Origin: Candidatus Sulfotelmatobacter sp.
GTDB taxonomy: Bacteria > Acidobacteriota > Terriglobia > Terriglobales > Acidobacteriaceae
Direction: 5' to 3'
DNA length: 64,000 nucleotides
NCBI GenBank assembly: GCA_049517555.1
Contig: JBEKRY010000001.1
Coordinates: 700 to 64,699 of the forward strand
Part shown: positions 1-12,600 of the stretch, in pieces
Layout of the letters: every line of letters begins with the position of its first letter
How positions within the stretch are numbered: position 1 is the stretch's first letter
The notes under the pieces: generated by a model
What the model was told of the DNA's origin: nothing
The model's input: the letters and a program-made list of their open reading frames with translations, nothing else
Databases searched by the model: none
Made by a program: the position numbers and the translations under genes

Positions 1-3000
1 ATGCAATCTCGTAAGGATTCGCTCCTGCGGCGTAGCTGCCTACAACCGCTCCAGTGCTGGCCAGGATCTTGGTGACCGTGCCCGGGTTGGCGTCATTCGT
101 CACCCAGATATTGACCCCATCGAACGCCAAACCGGCGGGGTAGCTCCCCGCAGTGTAAGTGCCGATTACCGCGCCGTTGCTTACTTGCAGCTTTGTAACC
201 GTGCCCGAATCGCTATTCGCCACCCACATGTTGGCCCCGTCGAAGGCTAGAGCCAGGGGTTCCTGTCCGACGCCGTAAGTGCCGATTACGGCGCCGGTAC
301 TGGCTTGTAACTCGGTGACGCTGGCAGCGTAGAAATTCGCTGTCCAGATATTCGATCCGTCGAACGCCACAGCGATCGGACCCTGCCCCACCGAAAAAGT
401 TTGAGGATACCACTGCAAAAGTGCAGCCCTCATTGCCGCAAGAGAAACCCCGCCAGCCGGTCCTTGTGGTCCCTGCGGACCGGCCGGACCGGTCGCACCA
501 ATTGGTCCCTGCGGGCCGGTTGAGCCGGGTGCTCCCGCTGGTCCTTGCGGCCCCGGAGGTCCTTGCGGTCCTTGTGTGCCGTTAAATGTCTGCGCCGGGA
601 CGAAGGTGACAATTCCGTTGGGTGCAACTGAAAGACCTGTCGGTTGCGGAGTAGAACCGGAGGACCCGAATAACAGATTGAGGTTGGCCGATGGAGTCGC
701 TCCGTCGGCATTCAGCGTCTGCCAGCGAAAGGTCTGACTGCTGGCTGTGGTGCCGTTCGATGCGGAAGCGATGAGGTCGAGTGGATTGGATGGCGAACCC
801 GACGTGGCCGAGTTGCCGGTGGAGGGAAGGATTAATCCTCCGGCGAAGTTGCCGGCGCCTTGAACGTCGAGCGGATATTGCGGCGCGGTTGTGCCGATGC
901 CTACATTCACACTGGCGCCGCCATTCACGCCTGTAATTGCGCCCAGCACCAGCGCGTTGCTCTCAGTAACCTCGGCATTGGAGCCGACTGCGGTGGCATT
1001 GCTCAGGCTTCCCGTTCCGAATGCCGTGCCAGATCCCAGCCCTGTGTCATTGAGACCGGTCCCCGGTGTGCCGTCGAGCACCTGTCCGGCAAAGGATCCG
1101 ATGGCCGAATTGAAAGCGCCCGTGGTGTTGTTGATGAGCGTGTTCACTCCCACGCCGGCGTTGTTGCTGCCCGTCGTGTTGCCGAAGAGTGCGTATCCAA
1201 CCGCGGTGTTATTGCTGCCGGTAGTGTTGTTGAGAAGCGAATTTTCTCCGACTGCGGTGTTGACGTTGCCCGTAGTCGTGGTGTTTCCCGAGAACCCAAG
1301 GAATGCGTTCGCGCTCGCGTAAGAGCCATAGGCAAACAGGATGCTTCCGATCTGGTAACCGCTCCCCGTCACCACTCCACTCGCGGTCAGGTTCCCGCTC
1401 ACTGATTGATTGCCCGTAAATGAGTTCGTGCCGAGAGTGGCGAACGGTCCCGGGTTTGCCAGGCTCAGCGTGACATTGCCGCTGGTACCTCCGCCGGTCA
1501 AGCCCGGTCCTGCCGTGACGCCGGTAATTGTTCCGCCTCCACCACCGCCTCCGCTGGCCGATGTCGTTTGCACCGTGCCATCGGGGAACATGAAACCGCC
1601 AACTGAAGATCGGATGGTCCCGGCCACATCCAGTGGATAGGCGGGCGTGGTCGTGCCGATGCCGACATTGACGTTGCCCGTTCCTCCATTTACGCCGGCG
1701 ATGCTTCCCAGAACCATGGCATTGCTTTCGTCGACAAGGGCATTGGCCCCAACAGCGGTCGCATTGGAGAAGCTGTTATTCGCTGCTCCGGAGTTCGCAT
1801 GGGCGCCGAGGAAAGTGTTCAGGCTGCCCGTAAAGGCACCGGTTGTCCCACCCGCTCCGTAGCCCAAGCCCGTGTTATTGCTGCCCGTACTATTGCTCAG
1901 CGCTTCATAGCCGACGCCCGTGTTGAAGTTGCCCGCGACGTTGGATTGCAGGGCGTGCGAACCGTCTGCCGTATTCCATGCGCCCGTGATGTTCTGTTCC
2001 AACGCCCTTTCCCCGCTAGCAGTGTTGAAGGTGCCTAGAGTGTTGCTATAGAGAGATTCATAGCCGCTCGCCGTGTTACTTGAGCCGCTCGTGTTGAAGT
2101 AGAGCGACTGGTAGCCGCTGGCGGTGTTGTCCCACCCGTTGGTGTCGCTGTAGAGAGCCTGAAAGCCAGTGGCGGTATTGTCATTGCCTGTGCTGCTGTA
2201 AAGCGCTTGCGCCCCCATGGCTGTGTTATTGTTGCCGTTAGCGTTCGTCGCCAGCGCCTGAAACCCATTGGCAGTGTTAAGGTTGCCGCCATCGAGCAAA
2301 GCAAGTGATCCAAAACCGGTCGCGGTGTCGGATTTGCCAGCAGCAAAGGCGGACTTGTTGCCCGCGAAACCGAGAAACGCACTGGTGGTGCCGCTGGACC
2401 CGGATGCGAACAACTGCTCATCCATTCGGTAGCCTCCGAAAGGACCGCTCGACGCATTAACCGAAAGGCCAAAAACCGAACCGCCAAAAATCGATCCGGC
2501 AGCATTAATGTTTACTGCGTTAACAGTCCCACCGTTGATCGTTCCGTGCTCCCCTACATCCAGAGTCGCAATAGGCGACCTAGTGCCGATACCGATGCCA
2601 GTCGTGGTTTGAAACATGCCTGAGTTGCCGAGGTCGCCAGAATCGTCGGTGAAGATGGGAATATAGTTGGCAGTGCCAGAATTGGTAGGTGCTTTAGTTT
2701 TCGCGGTAGTGGGTACGCCAGTGCTCGAAGCGTTTTCTGCCTGCACCGGGCTCGCCATGACGAAGGCCGAGGGTGGAAGTCCTCCGATTGTTTCCGCGTC
2801 GCCGGCCTTGAAGGCATAGGGAGCGCTGACCAGCAGCACGCGCGGTTGCTCGGCTTGCCCTGAAATCTGCACCCCTACCCAGCGCGCCTCCACCGAGTCG
2901 GGGTTGGTCGATCCCAGTAAAGCCGTGTAGTGGCCATTGCTGTCGGCGGTGACATTCTGCGTTTCCAGCCACAGCGCCGCGCCTCCGGTCTGCTCCCCGT

Positions 3001-3187
3001 ACAGTGCGAATGTAATACCAACCACACCAGTCAGAGCATCACCGTTGAGATCCTTTGCCGTTCCGCCAAAGCGGACGAGGCGCGGCAGAGCGGAAATTCC
3101 CGCGGGCGACTGCCCATTTGCAGGGGGCGGAGTGTAGACGAATGTTAAGGAAAGAGCAAAGAGCAGAACGGCAAAGCGGCGGCTCAT
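1..3187 (-). CDS. Secreted fibre/adhesin-like repeat protein, partial (3' end runs off the window; at least 1062 aa). It has a signal peptide and two blocks of 14-15-residue NTA-G--AL beta-roll-type repeats, each followed by a [14 protein letters not shown] junction. These are followed by a collagen-like Gly-X-Y segment and ~40-aa AFDG-N-IW-V-N propeller-type repeats.
   Basis: Absent from the ORF track because there is no stop in the window. I hand-translated the minus strand from the ATG at 3187 ([26 protein letters not shown]...). I spot-checked the frame near 2100 ([19 protein letters not shown]), near 1680 ([19 protein letters not shown]), near 900 ([19 protein letters not shown]), at 580-450 (collagen-like) and at 58-2 ([19 protein letters not shown]). 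No minus-strand ORF in the track lies in this frame (codon first bases at positions = 1 mod 3), which fits one uninterrupted frame. Confidence 0.8.
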   Translation of the reverse strand, partial: MSRRFAVLLFALSLTFVYTPPPANGQSPAGISALPRLVRFGGTAKDLNGDALTGVVGITFALYGEQTGGAALWLETQNVTADSNGHYTALLGSTNPDSVEARWVGVQISGQAEQPRVLLVSAPYAFKAGDAETIGGLPPSAFVMASPVQAENASSTGVPTTAKTKAPTNSGTANYIPIFTDDSGDLGNSGMFQTTTGIGIGTRSPIATLDVGEHGTINGGTVNAVNINAAGSIFGGSVFGLSVNASSGPFGGYRMDEQLFASGSSGTTSAFLGFAGNKSAFAAGKSDTATGFGSLALLDGGNLNTANGFQALATNANGNNNTAMGAQALYSSTGNDNTATGFQALYSDTNGWDNTASGYQSLYFNTSGSSNTASGYESLYSNTLGTFNTASGERALEQNITGAWNTADGSHALQSNVAGNFNTGVGYEALSNSTGSNNTGLGYGAGGTTGAFTGSLNTFLGAHANSGAANNSFSNATAVGANALVDESNAMVLGSIAGVNGGTGNVNVGIGTTTPAYPLDVAGTIRSSVGGFMFPDGTVQTTSASGGGGGGGTITGVTAGPGLTGGGTSGNVTLSLANPGPFATLGTNSFTGNQSVSGNLTASGVVTGSGYQIGSILFAYGSYASANAFLGFSGNTTTTGNVNTAVGENSLLNNTTGSNNTAVGYALFGNTTGSNNAGVGVNTLINNTTGAFNSAIGSFAGQVLDGTPGTGLNDTGLGSGTAFGTGSLSNATAVGSNAEVTESNALVLGAITGVNGGASVNVGIGTTAPQYPLDVQGAGNFAGGLILPSTGNSATSGSPSNPLDLIASASNGTTASSQTFRWQTLNADGATPSANLNLLFGSSGSTPQPTGLSVAPNGIVTFVPAQTFNGTQGPQGPPGPQGPAGAPGSTGPQGPIGATGPAGPQGPQGPAGGVSLAAMRAALLQWYPQTFSVGQGPIAVAFDGSNIWTANFYAASVTELQASTGAVIGTYGVGQEPLALAFDGANMWVANSDSGTVTKLQVSNGAVIGTYTAGSYPAGLAFDGVNIWVTNDANPGTVTKILASTGAVVGSYAAGANPYEIA
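451..580 (-). repeat. Collagen-like triple-helix repeat (about 14 consecutive Gly-X-Y triplets) inside the fibre-like CDS
   Basis: Direct translation gives [44 protein letters not shown]. At DNA level it is a run of ggNcc(N)4 units. Confidence 0.85.
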
Positions 3188-3506
3188 CGAGATCTCCTGG
3201 GCGGATTTTCGGATGCGGGCCAAACGGGGGAGTCGGTCCCGCAATAATTCGTCGAAGTAGAATGCAATCCACCGCAGGCTGTCCATGCGGAGGGTCTGAA
3301 GAGAGTCTGAGTTTTTGATGAGTAAATAAGTGCTGCAAGATCTGAGACTTAGGCGAAGTAGGCTCTTGGTTCTGGGCCGCATCGCGAGCCCGTTGATAAT
3401 CGCCCCGGCGCGGGATAGAATCTGCCGACCGAAACGGAGCTTTGGCCTCCCCGATTTGATCTTCCGCCAGAGTGCCTGCGGAATGGCGTAATTCCGGTCT
3501 AGCGAT

Positions 3507-5915
3507 ATGGATTCGAGCAGTCACAGACAGAATGTACTAAGGACCTTTGGCCCGTTTACGTTCGATCCGGATTGCGGTGAGCTGGCTCGGAACGGATCCC
3601 GCATCCGGCTGCAGCCCCAGCCTGCGCTCGTCTTGATTCTGTTGACCGATCAGCCCGGCAAACTCATTCCGCGGGAAGAAATCTATCGCGCGGTGTGGGG
3701 AGAAAATACCCATGTAGATTTCGAGCAATCGCTGAACTACTGCATCAGACAGATTCGCTCTGCGTTGCGGGATGACGCAGACCATCCGACCTATCTCGAA
3801 ACCGTTCCGAAACGTGGTTATCGGTTTCTATGCCCCGTGGCTTCAACGAGTGACGGGGAATCGCGCTCTGACAAGTCCGAATCTGCGGGAGCAGTGACGG
3901 TGACGGTGTTGGCGACGGCCGCAAGACCGGAAGGTTCGCCGAGCCAGCAATCCAGTGTCCGCGCGAAGGTGTGGGCGCTGGCATTTGGAGTATTGATCGT
4001 GCTCGCTACATCTGCGATTTTGTGGCGGACATTTCGTGTGAAATCTGCTTCACTGCGTGCGAGCGATACAGTGGTTCTCGCCGACTTTGCCAACAGTACA
4101 GGGGATCCCATTTTCGACGACACCCTGAAGACAGCGCTCAACGTCTCCTTGCGGCAGTCGCCGTTCCTGAATGTGCTTCCCGAGAGCGAAATCTCGAAGA
4201 CCCTCCAGCTGATGACCCGTCCACCGGGGACGAAACTTACATCCGAATTAGCTCGGGAGATCTGTCAGCGGGCGGGCAGCAAGGCGTATATCGCAGGATC
4301 AATTGGCAGTCTGGGCAGCGAATACGTGTTGGGGTTAAAGGCGGTAAATTGCGAGAGTGGAGATATGCTGGCGCAGGAGCAGGTGACCGCCACGTCCCAG
4401 GAGAAAGTGCTCGACAGGCTTGGCGAGGCCGCAGCCAAGCTGCGCGGCGAACTGGGCGAATCGCTGGCGACGGTCAACAGGTTCGATGTTCCGCTTGAAC
4501 AGGCCACTACTTCTTCTCTGGAAGCACTGAAAGAATACAGCCTTGGCATGAAGGCATTTAGCGAAAAAGGCGCCCCCGCGTCCCTGCCACATGCTCAGCG
4601 GGCGATCGAACTCGATCCCAATTTTGCTCTTGGATATTGGGCCGTTGGCGACGACTACGGCAGTCTTGCCGAGGTAGGACGGGCCAGTGAGTACCTCACG
4701 AAAGCATTTCAGTTGCGCGAACACGCCAGCGAACGCGAAAGATTGACGATCACCGGCATCTACTATCTCGTCGTTACCGGGGAACTTGAGAAGGCGGCCC
4801 AGACCTATCAGCAGGAAATTGAGAGCTATACACGGGACTCCGTAGCGTATGGCCATTTGAGCGTTGTGTTCACCCAACTGGGACAGTACGAGAAGTCCGC
4901 GGAGATTGCACGCCAGGCCCTGCGCATCGCACCGAATGAGCTGGGTTGGTACGAGAACCTGGCCAATACCGCCATTTCTTTGCAGCGATTCGACCAAGCG
5001 CAGCAGATCATTCGCGAGGCACAGACGCGAAAATTGGACGGAGCGGGCCTCCGTAGCGCTCTCTACGATCTGGCGTTTCTCGGCGCTGATCCTGTGGCGA
5101 TGGAGGAACAACAAAAGTGGTTTGCGGGCCAGCCAGAAGAAAATTTTGGACTGGCAATGGCAGCTGACACCGAGGCCTACGCCGGTCATGTAGGTAAGGC
5201 GCGGCAGTTGACCAAGCTCGCAGTTGACTCCGCCATTCGGTCGGACAGCAAAGAAACGGGCGCCACGTGGCAGGCGAATCTCGCTTTGCAACAAGCGGCT
5301 TACGGCAATGCGGCAGAGGCCAGGCAGCTAGCGAATGACGCTCTCCATCTAGCTCCCGCGAGTCAGGGTGTCGATGTCGAAGTCGCACTCGCGTTTGCCG
5401 TGGCGGGGGACACGGGACGAACCGCGGCCTTGGTTCAGGACTTAACTGAACGATTCCCATTAGACACGCAGATGCAGTCGCTTTGGCTACCCGCAATTCG
5501 TTCGCAACTGGCGCTCGATAACAAGAATCCGGCTGCGGCCGTGAATGCTTTGCAGATCGTTTCGCCGATCGAATTTGGCAATATCATCTTTGACAACAAT
5601 ACCTGCCTCGATCATGTGTATATTCGCGGGCAGGCATACCTGGCCGATGGAAAGGGCACCGCCGCCGCCGCCGAATTTCAGAAGATTCTCGACCACAACG
5701 GACTGGTTGTGAATTGCTGGACCGGAGCGCTAGCCCATTTGGGAGTGGCTCGAGCGAATGTTCTTGAGGGAAGAACCTCGCAAGGTGCGCAGGCAGATGC
5801 GGCCCGCGTGCGGGCGCTCGCCGCCTACAAAGATTTCCTCACCCTCTGGAGAGACGCCGACCCCGGCATTCCGATCCTGAAAGAAGCTAAAGCCGAGTAC
5901 GCGAAGCTACAGTGA
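3507..5915 (+). CDS. CadC/ToxR-like membrane-bound transcriptional regulator. It has an N-terminal OmpR/PhoB-type winged-helix DNA-binding domain, one TM helix, a TolB-N-like periplasmic domain and TPR repeats.
   Basis: 802-aa ORF. The N-terminus matches the wHTH trans_reg_C pattern (FTFDPDCGELARNGSRIRLQPQPALVLILL...REEIYRAVWG...LNYCIRQIRSAL...YLETVPKRGYRF). A hydrophobic helix follows (VWALAFGVLIVLATSAILW), and the C-terminal half has TPR-like periodic A/L/Y repeats. Confidence 0.8.
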   Translation: MDSSSHRQNVLRTFGPFTFDPDCGELARNGSRIRLQPQPALVLILLTDQPGKLIPREEIYRAVWGENTHVDFEQSLNYCIRQIRSALRDDADHPTYLETVPKRGYRFLCPVASTSDGESRSDKSESAGAVTVTVLATAARPEGSPSQQSSVRAKVWALAFGVLIVLATSAILWRTFRVKSASLRASDTVVLADFANSTGDPIFDDTLKTALNVSLRQSPFLNVLPESEISKTLQLMTRPPGTKLTSELAREICQRAGSKAYIAGSIGSLGSEYVLGLKAVNCESGDMLAQEQVTATSQEKVLDRLGEAAAKLRGELGESLATVNRFDVPLEQATTSSLEALKEYSLGMKAFSEKGAPASLPHAQRAIELDPNFALGYWAVGDDYGSLAEVGRASEYLTKAFQLREHASERERLTITGIYYLVVTGELEKAAQTYQQEIESYTRDSVAYGHLSVVFTQLGQYEKSAEIARQALRIAPNELGWYENLANTAISLQRFDQAQQIIREAQTRKLDGAGLRSALYDLAFLGADPVAMEEQQKWFAGQPEENFGLAMAADTEAYAGHVGKARQLTKLAVDSAIRSDSKETGATWQANLALQQAAYGNAAEARQLANDALHLAPASQGVDVEVALAFAVAGDTGRTAALVQDLTERFPLDTQMQSLWLPAIRSQLALDNKNPAAAVNALQIVSPIEFGNIIFDNNTCLDHVYIRGQAYLADGKGTAAAAEFQKILDHNGLVVNCWTGALAHLGVARANVLEGRTSQGAQADAARVRALAAYKDFLTLWRDADPGIPILKEAKAEYAKLQ

Positions 5916-6655
5916 GCGCACTGAACCTGCCGGTGAGTGGATGTTTTCGTTAGACACTCTAAGCGGAAGTGATGCCCGGAGTCGCGTTCTCGCGTCACCA
6001 TGCCCGGAGTCTTTGCCGGCATGATCGCTGGAGTTGCCACCGTCATCTTTCTCATGCTCAGTCACCGGGATCCCTTACGGCTGGAGCCCCGGCTTCGTGG
6101 CCTTTTGCCCTAAAATTCTAATCGCGGCACTCGGGCAAAGCGGAAGTAACGGAAAGGTGCGACCGCGGTGCTGTAGAAAGGGTTCTTTTTTCTCCATCCC
6201 GACGACTCTATGGGATACGGTGGTGATCGCACGCAAGGCCACTACCGCTCGCAGCTGACTTTTCAAATCAGCCAATTCCATTGCCTGCGCTTCCCAGCAG
6301 TCGCCTCCGATCGGCGATTACTTTTTCGAGCTCCCGTTTGGGTATGCTCCTCGGCAGCGATTCCACGCCTCAGTCGTTTCTGCATTTGACATTTTCAAGC
6401 GCGCGCATGGTCCGATAGCCGCACGTCTGATGCGCACGAAACCTGAACCCTGAGCCTATTTTCATGTGCGTTGACGGAATTCTCTCCGCCTTGCGGATTG
6501 CTACGACCTTTGGTGAGTCGCTACCAGCGCCAAATTTCAATGCAGGCGAAACGTCTGGAAGTTCAGATGCTCGTTTCCATCTCGAGTGAGCAACGTTTCT
6601 AAAAACGTTCTCAGCCAGCAAAAATCTTCCGATTGGATTCGAGGTCGAGGCAACC

Positions 6656-9600
6656 ATGTTCAAAGCAACAACCGCCATTGCGAGCCTGCTTTTCGTCGCG
6701 TGCGTCTGCGCTTTTTTTCACCTGGCCTCTGCGCCCCTGGCCACGACGGGCGTCGTTTCCGCTCTTCTTCTAACCCTGGTTGTAACGATAAGCGGGAGGG
6801 GGTGGCGGCGGGATGCACAGCAGAAGAGACTGTTTCTGCGCTCTGGAATGGTTAAGTATGTTGGATTTCGTGGATCTTTTCAGCTTTTTCAGGTTCTCTG
6901 TTTACTCCTGTTGTGGCCGGCTCAGTCCTGGGCAGCCTTTACCATCTTGTTCAACGGTGTAGTTTCGATCGTGGATACTGGAAGCATCGTTCTCAGTAAT
7001 CCCGCGGACGTAGTCGTGGATACGGCGGGGAATGTATACCTCTCTGATACAAGTAACAGCCGAATCGTAAAGCTGGCGCCGGATGGCACTGCATCCGTGC
7101 TCGCCATTACCGGGCTGGCTCCCGCGCTGAGTTCTCCCGCAGGGCTCGCGGTCGATGTATCGGGGAATCTGTACATCGCCGACGCGGGAAACGCTCGCGT
7201 TGTGAAAGTCGATTCGCTGGGAAACGGCACGCCCGTCAGCACGCCGAGTATTACATTGAGTTCACCTCAGGGAGTGGCCGTAGACGCATCCAGCAACATA
7301 TTTGTTTCCGATACCGGAAACAATCGGATCGTGGAGGTCACGGCCGGGGGCACAGCTTCTGTGCTCAGCATCACTGGCTTGGGCACAGCCTTCAACACAC
7401 CGCTCGGTCTGGCTCTCGATCCCGCAGGAGATCTCTTCATCGCCGATTCAGTGAATAGCCGCATCGTGGAGGTAGCTGCGGGTGGAACGGTTGGGAGCGT
7501 GCTCAACGTCTCCGGCGTGAGCCTCACCACCCCGGCTGGGGTGGCGGCAGACACCTTGGGCAATCTCTATGTCGCCGACACGACGAGTACCCAGATCATC
7601 ATAGTGAACATCGCCTACGGATCGGCTTCCTTAATCAATACCGGCGCGGTGACGCTCAATCAGCCGCAAGGGGTTGCAGTCAGTGCTTCCGGTCTGCTGT
7701 ACGTTGCCGACACGGCTGACAACAGGGCGATCTCGGTAGCGACATCTTCGGTTGCCTACGGTCATAGTCAACTCGGAACTTCCACCGGCAAAGTTCTAAC
7801 CTTACCCTTCACGGTTGGGATTATCGCCACCGTAGGCAATGTGAAGGTCTTTACCGATGGAGTTGAGAACCTCGACTTCACTTTGCAAGGGACTAATACC
7901 TGCACGGCTGGAACAACCGGAGACGTGCCCTGCTCAGTGGACGTACAGTTTCTTCCGACCGCGCCCGGTTTGCGCCGGGGAGCGATCGTAATTTATGACA
8001 ACAGCAATCCCGAAGTTCCATTGATCACCGTTCCCCTCTATGGATCTGGCGATGCTCCGTTGGCAGCGCTCTCCCCAGGTACCGCCGGTGTGGTCAGCAC
8101 GGGTGCAACAGCCCTGAGCGCGCCCTTTCAGGTTGCATTCGACGGAGCCGGTAACATGTACGTTGCGAATTATGGAAGCGCCGCCGGCAACGTGGTGAAA
8201 GTGCCCGCCGGTGGCGGCACCGCGACGGTGGTGAGCACCCCCGGATTCACCCTGGCTGGAGCCATCGGCGTAGCGCTGGATGGAGCGGGCAATCTCTACA
8301 TTTCCGACCACTACAACAGCCGCATCTTGGAGGTTACGGCGGGAGGCGTGGTTTCGGCATTGAACATCTACGGAGTGAGCCCGGCGCTGGGCATAACCGG
8401 AGCAATCGCGATCGATGAAGCGGGCAATCTGTACATTTCGGATTACGGAGTGGGCCGCATCGTCAAGGTGACGCCTTCCGGGGCGGGATCCGTGCTGGGC
8501 ACAGGAAGCTTTACGTTTCCCAGTGACGAGGTGCTGGGGGTGGCCGTGGATGCGGCGGGAACGGTCTACATTCCGGATCCCGCCGGCAATGGCGTGGTGA
8601 AGGTTACGGCAGCGGGAGCGGCTTCGCTGGTGGTTGCCCCGGGCATCACTCCGCCTCTGAGCTCTCCCCAAGGCGTAGCCGTGGACGCCTTCGGCAACCT
8701 CTACATCGCCGACGCGGGAAACGAGCGAATCGTGGAAATCACCACGGCAGGGGTCGCCTCGGTGGTGCAGATGCCGGGCCAGTCCCTGGTCACTGACTAT
8801 GGAGTTACCGTCGATGCCTCCGGGAACGTCTTCATCCCGGACTTCGGCGCCAACCACATCGTAGAGGTGAGCGTGGCAGGTGCCAGTCTGTCTTTTCCCA
8901 ACACAAACGTCGGTTCAACCAGCCCTGCGCTGACCGCAACCGTAACTAATATCGGCGACCTGCCGCTGTTGTTTAGCACCGCTCCCACGTATACGGCGAA
9001 CTTTTCCGAAGACACCGGGGATGGGAACTTGTGCGCGATCAGTACATCGCTCGATCCCGGGTTGGCCTGCGATGCGGCGGTCGAGTTCACGCCGCAATCG
9101 GGAGGAAATCTCAGCGCCGGCATCGTGGTCACCAACAACAATCTCAACGTTGCCGGCGCGACCGAAACAGTCGCGGTCAGCGGCACCGGCATTGTCGTGG
9201 CAGACACCACGGCGGTAGCGGTATCCACCAGCCCAACCAGCGCGAACCTTGGACAACCGATTACCATCACGGCCCTCGTGACCGATACGGCGACCGGCCA
9301 TACGGCCACCATCCCGACGGGCGGCGTGACATTCATGGACACGGTCGGATCGACCTCCATCTCGCTCAACGGCGGCGCCGCCGTCACCCTGAATGGAGCA
9401 GGCGCTGCGATTCTTACCGGAGTCACGCTGAGTGGCGTGGGCACGCACACCATCACGGCCAGCTACGCGGGCGTGACCGGCACTTTCGCCCCCAGCAGCA
9501 ACACCACCTCCATCGTGATTTCGGCTCTGGCCAGCGCGGTTACGCTGAACGTCGCGCCCGGCAGTTCGGTGGTGGCTGGGACAGCGGCCACCCTGACCGC

Positions 9601-12600
9601 GACGGTCACGGCCAACGGCGCTCCGGTCACGACCGGCACGGTGCTTTTCTGTAACGCAACGGCCGCGCAGTGCGTCGGCGAGGCCGTCTATGGCAGCGCC
9701 CAGTTGACCCTGGCGGGAACTGCCGCGATCAAGCTCACGCTGGGAGCGGGCGTTTACAGCATCACCGCCGCATTTCAAGCCACCAGTTCGACTCTGGCCG
9801 GGGTGTCCGCGCCGCAGCCGCTTACGGTCACGGGCGCCGCCAGTTACTTATCCTCCACCACCATTGCGGAGACCGGGGTTGCCGGCAACTATACGCTGAC
9901 CGGCACGGTCACCGCCTTCGGAGCGGTCGTACCTACCGGGACGGTTTCTTTCCTCGACACCACGGCCGGCAACGGCGTGGTGGGAACGGCGGCGCTCAAT
10001 CCCGCCAGCCTCGGCTTCACTTTCCTGCCGGCCGCCGGTTCGCCGGTGGGCGCCGGCCAGGCGCCCCAGGACACGGTTCTGGGCGACTTCAATCACGACG
10101 GAAAACTGGATTTGGTGGTACTGAACAATGGCGATCAAACCATCAGCGTCCTGTTGGGCAACGGTGACGGAACCTTTCAACCCCAGGTCACTTATGCAGT
10201 CGGGCATCAGAGCCAGGGGATCGCGATGGGCGACTTCAACGGGGATGGAAATCTTGATCTGGTCGTGTCTAACTATATCGACGACACCGTCAGCGTTCTG
10301 CTCGGCAACGGGAATGGAACCTTCGCCCCGCAGGTGACCTACGCGACCGCTCACCGGCCGCAGGGTATTGCGGTTGCCGATTTCAACGGCGACGGACATC
10401 TTGACCTGGCGGTGGTGGCTACCTTCGGTGCGGATGTCAGCATTCTGCTCGGCCAGGGCGATGGCACGTTCGTTGCCGATAGTCCCGCGACCTTCGCGGT
10501 CGGCGGCGATCCTGTGGCCATTGCGACCGCAGACTTCAATGGGGATGGAAATGCCGATCTGGTCGTCACCAACTCCGGAGACGGCTCGGTCAGCGTTCTG
10601 CTGGGACATGGCGATGGGACCTTCCAGAGCCAGATCGTTCTTACTATCCCTGACGAGCCCGATCTCACCCCGATCGCGGTCGGAGATTTCAATGGAGATG
10701 GAATTCCCGACTTCGCGGTGGGAGACGCGGAGTACGACGACATTTACGTATTCCTGGGCATCAACGGTCTGACCTTTCAACCGCCCGTGGCTTATACCGT
10801 AGGAGTCGCGCCATTCGGAATCGTGGCCGCCGACTTCCAGGGCACCGGACACCTGGACTTGGCGGTCACCAATCTCGGCGACAGCACGGTGAGTTTGCTG
10901 CTCAACCAGGGAGACGGCTCGGGAACGTTCCAAACCCAGGTCACTTTCCCGGCGGGGAGCACCCCTCTGGGCATTGCCGCCGGCGACTTGAACGGAGACG
11001 GGCTTCCGGATTTGGCCGTAGCAAACAACACTTACTCAGCCCCGTTTACCGCCAGCATTCTGCTTGCGGCCCAGACCGAGACTGCCGTCGCCACCGGGCA
11101 GGCGGTCTACGGAACCGGCACGCACAACGTTCTCGCCAGCTATCCCGGTGATGCTGACCGTGCGCCTAGCCAATCGACCACGGTGCCCCTGGCCGCCATT
11201 CCGCAGACAACTACGGCTACCACATTCACGGCTGCACCCAATCCGGCCTTCGCAGGACAGCCGGTCACGCTCACGGCGACCGTAGCCCCCGCGCCCACCG
11301 GTACGCCTCTCGGCACGGTGAGCTTTTACAACGGGTCCGCTCTGCTGGGCACGGCAACCGTCAACTCTTCCGGCGTCGCCACTTTCGTAGGCAGCCTGCC
11401 GGTAGGTGTCTTAAGCGTCACCGCCGTCTACTCCGGCAATGCCGGATTTGCCGGCTCCACTTCAACCGCCCAGACGGTCACCGTTAACCTGAACCCAACC
11501 GCGACCGCCCTGGCGGCGGCACCCAATCCGGCCAGCGTTGGCCAGTCGGTTACGCTCACCGCCACCGTGAACCCACCCCCGCTCTTCGACTTGGGACGGC
11601 GAGGTCATGCAGTTCCGGGACCTATATCGCTCGGAACCGTCAGCTTCTACTACGGCCCGACGCTTCTTGGGAGCGGCGACGTCAACTCGTCGGGCGTGGC
11701 CACATCGTCCACGACTACGCTGCCGGTGGGAGCGGACGGCCTGACGGCGGTGTATTCGGGCGACTCCAATTTTGCCGGGTCCACATCGATCGCATATACC
11801 GAGACGATCACAGGGGCGGCAACGAGCACGACTACTGTGCTGACGGCATTGCCGAATCCAGCCATTGCCGGGCAATCGGTCACGCTCGCCGCCACGGTTG
11901 CGCCTGCACCGACAGGAACGCCCACAGGAACGGTCAGCTTCTACGACGGCACCACGTTGCTGGGCACGATGGCGGTCAATTCGTCCGGCATCGCTGACTT
12001 CATCGACACCAGCTTGCCAGTGGGAGCGTTGAGTATCACGGCAGTCTATTCCGGCAATGCGGGATTCTCCGGCTCGACATCGACGGTAGTTACTGAAACG
12101 GTGTCGCCGGCAACGACTGCCACCGCAACCACCACCACGCTCACGGCCTCACCCAACCCCCTGTTCGACGGGCAGACCGTAACCTTTACCGCAACCGTCA
12201 CGCCGGCCCCAACCGGAACGTCCGCCGGCATCGTTTCGTTCTATAGCGGAACCACCCTGCTGGGTACCGGCACGCTCAACGCCGCCGGAGTAGCTACGCT
12301 GACTCTCAGCAGCCTGGCGGTCGGCGTCGACAGCATCACGGCGGTGTATCCGGGCAATGCCGGCTTCGCCCCGTCCACTTCTTCCACTCTCAGCCAGACC
12401 GTAAACACAGCCTATACCGTGAGCGGTCCCACCACGCCGGTCCCGGTCGCGCCGGGAGGTTCGGTCAATATCAACCTCACGGTGCCTCCATTAGGAGGTG
12501 CGTTCAACAGCGTAGTCACGCTGTCGGCTTCCGGGCTTCCGCCGGGCGCAACTGCGACGTTCAATCCTCCGACGGTTACGCCGGGGACTGCGGGCGCGCC

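Noticed and set aside
860-2038. Plus-strand ORFs 860..1405, 891..1322, 1410..1640, 1647..1862 and 1799..2038, with Pro/Ala/Val-rich translations.
   Set aside because: They lie opposite the repetitive fibre-protein frame (minus strand, open from 3187 to the window edge). Their composition simply mirrors the Gly/Asn/Thr/Ala repeats on the other strand.
4335-5294. Long antisense ORFs inside confidently called genes: 4335..5294(-), 7934..8857(-), 9848..10933(-), 22451..23224(-), 24822..25652(-), 31369..32523(-), 41958..42659(-), 47340..48080(-), 53023..53973(-), 60114..60920(+) and similar.
   Set aside because: These are typical shadow ORFs of GC-rich DNA. Their translations are Arg/Gly/His-rich and low in complexity, have no recognisable motifs, and lie fully inside genes whose sense-strand products have clear family signatures.
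6034-6678. Small ORFs in the 5916-6655 spacer (6034..6258+, 6075..6281-, 6370..6678-) as possible genes or a decayed mobile-element or toxin-antitoxin remnant.
   Set aside because: They have no recognisable motifs, poor start contexts and overlap one another on both strands. Nothing supports coding.
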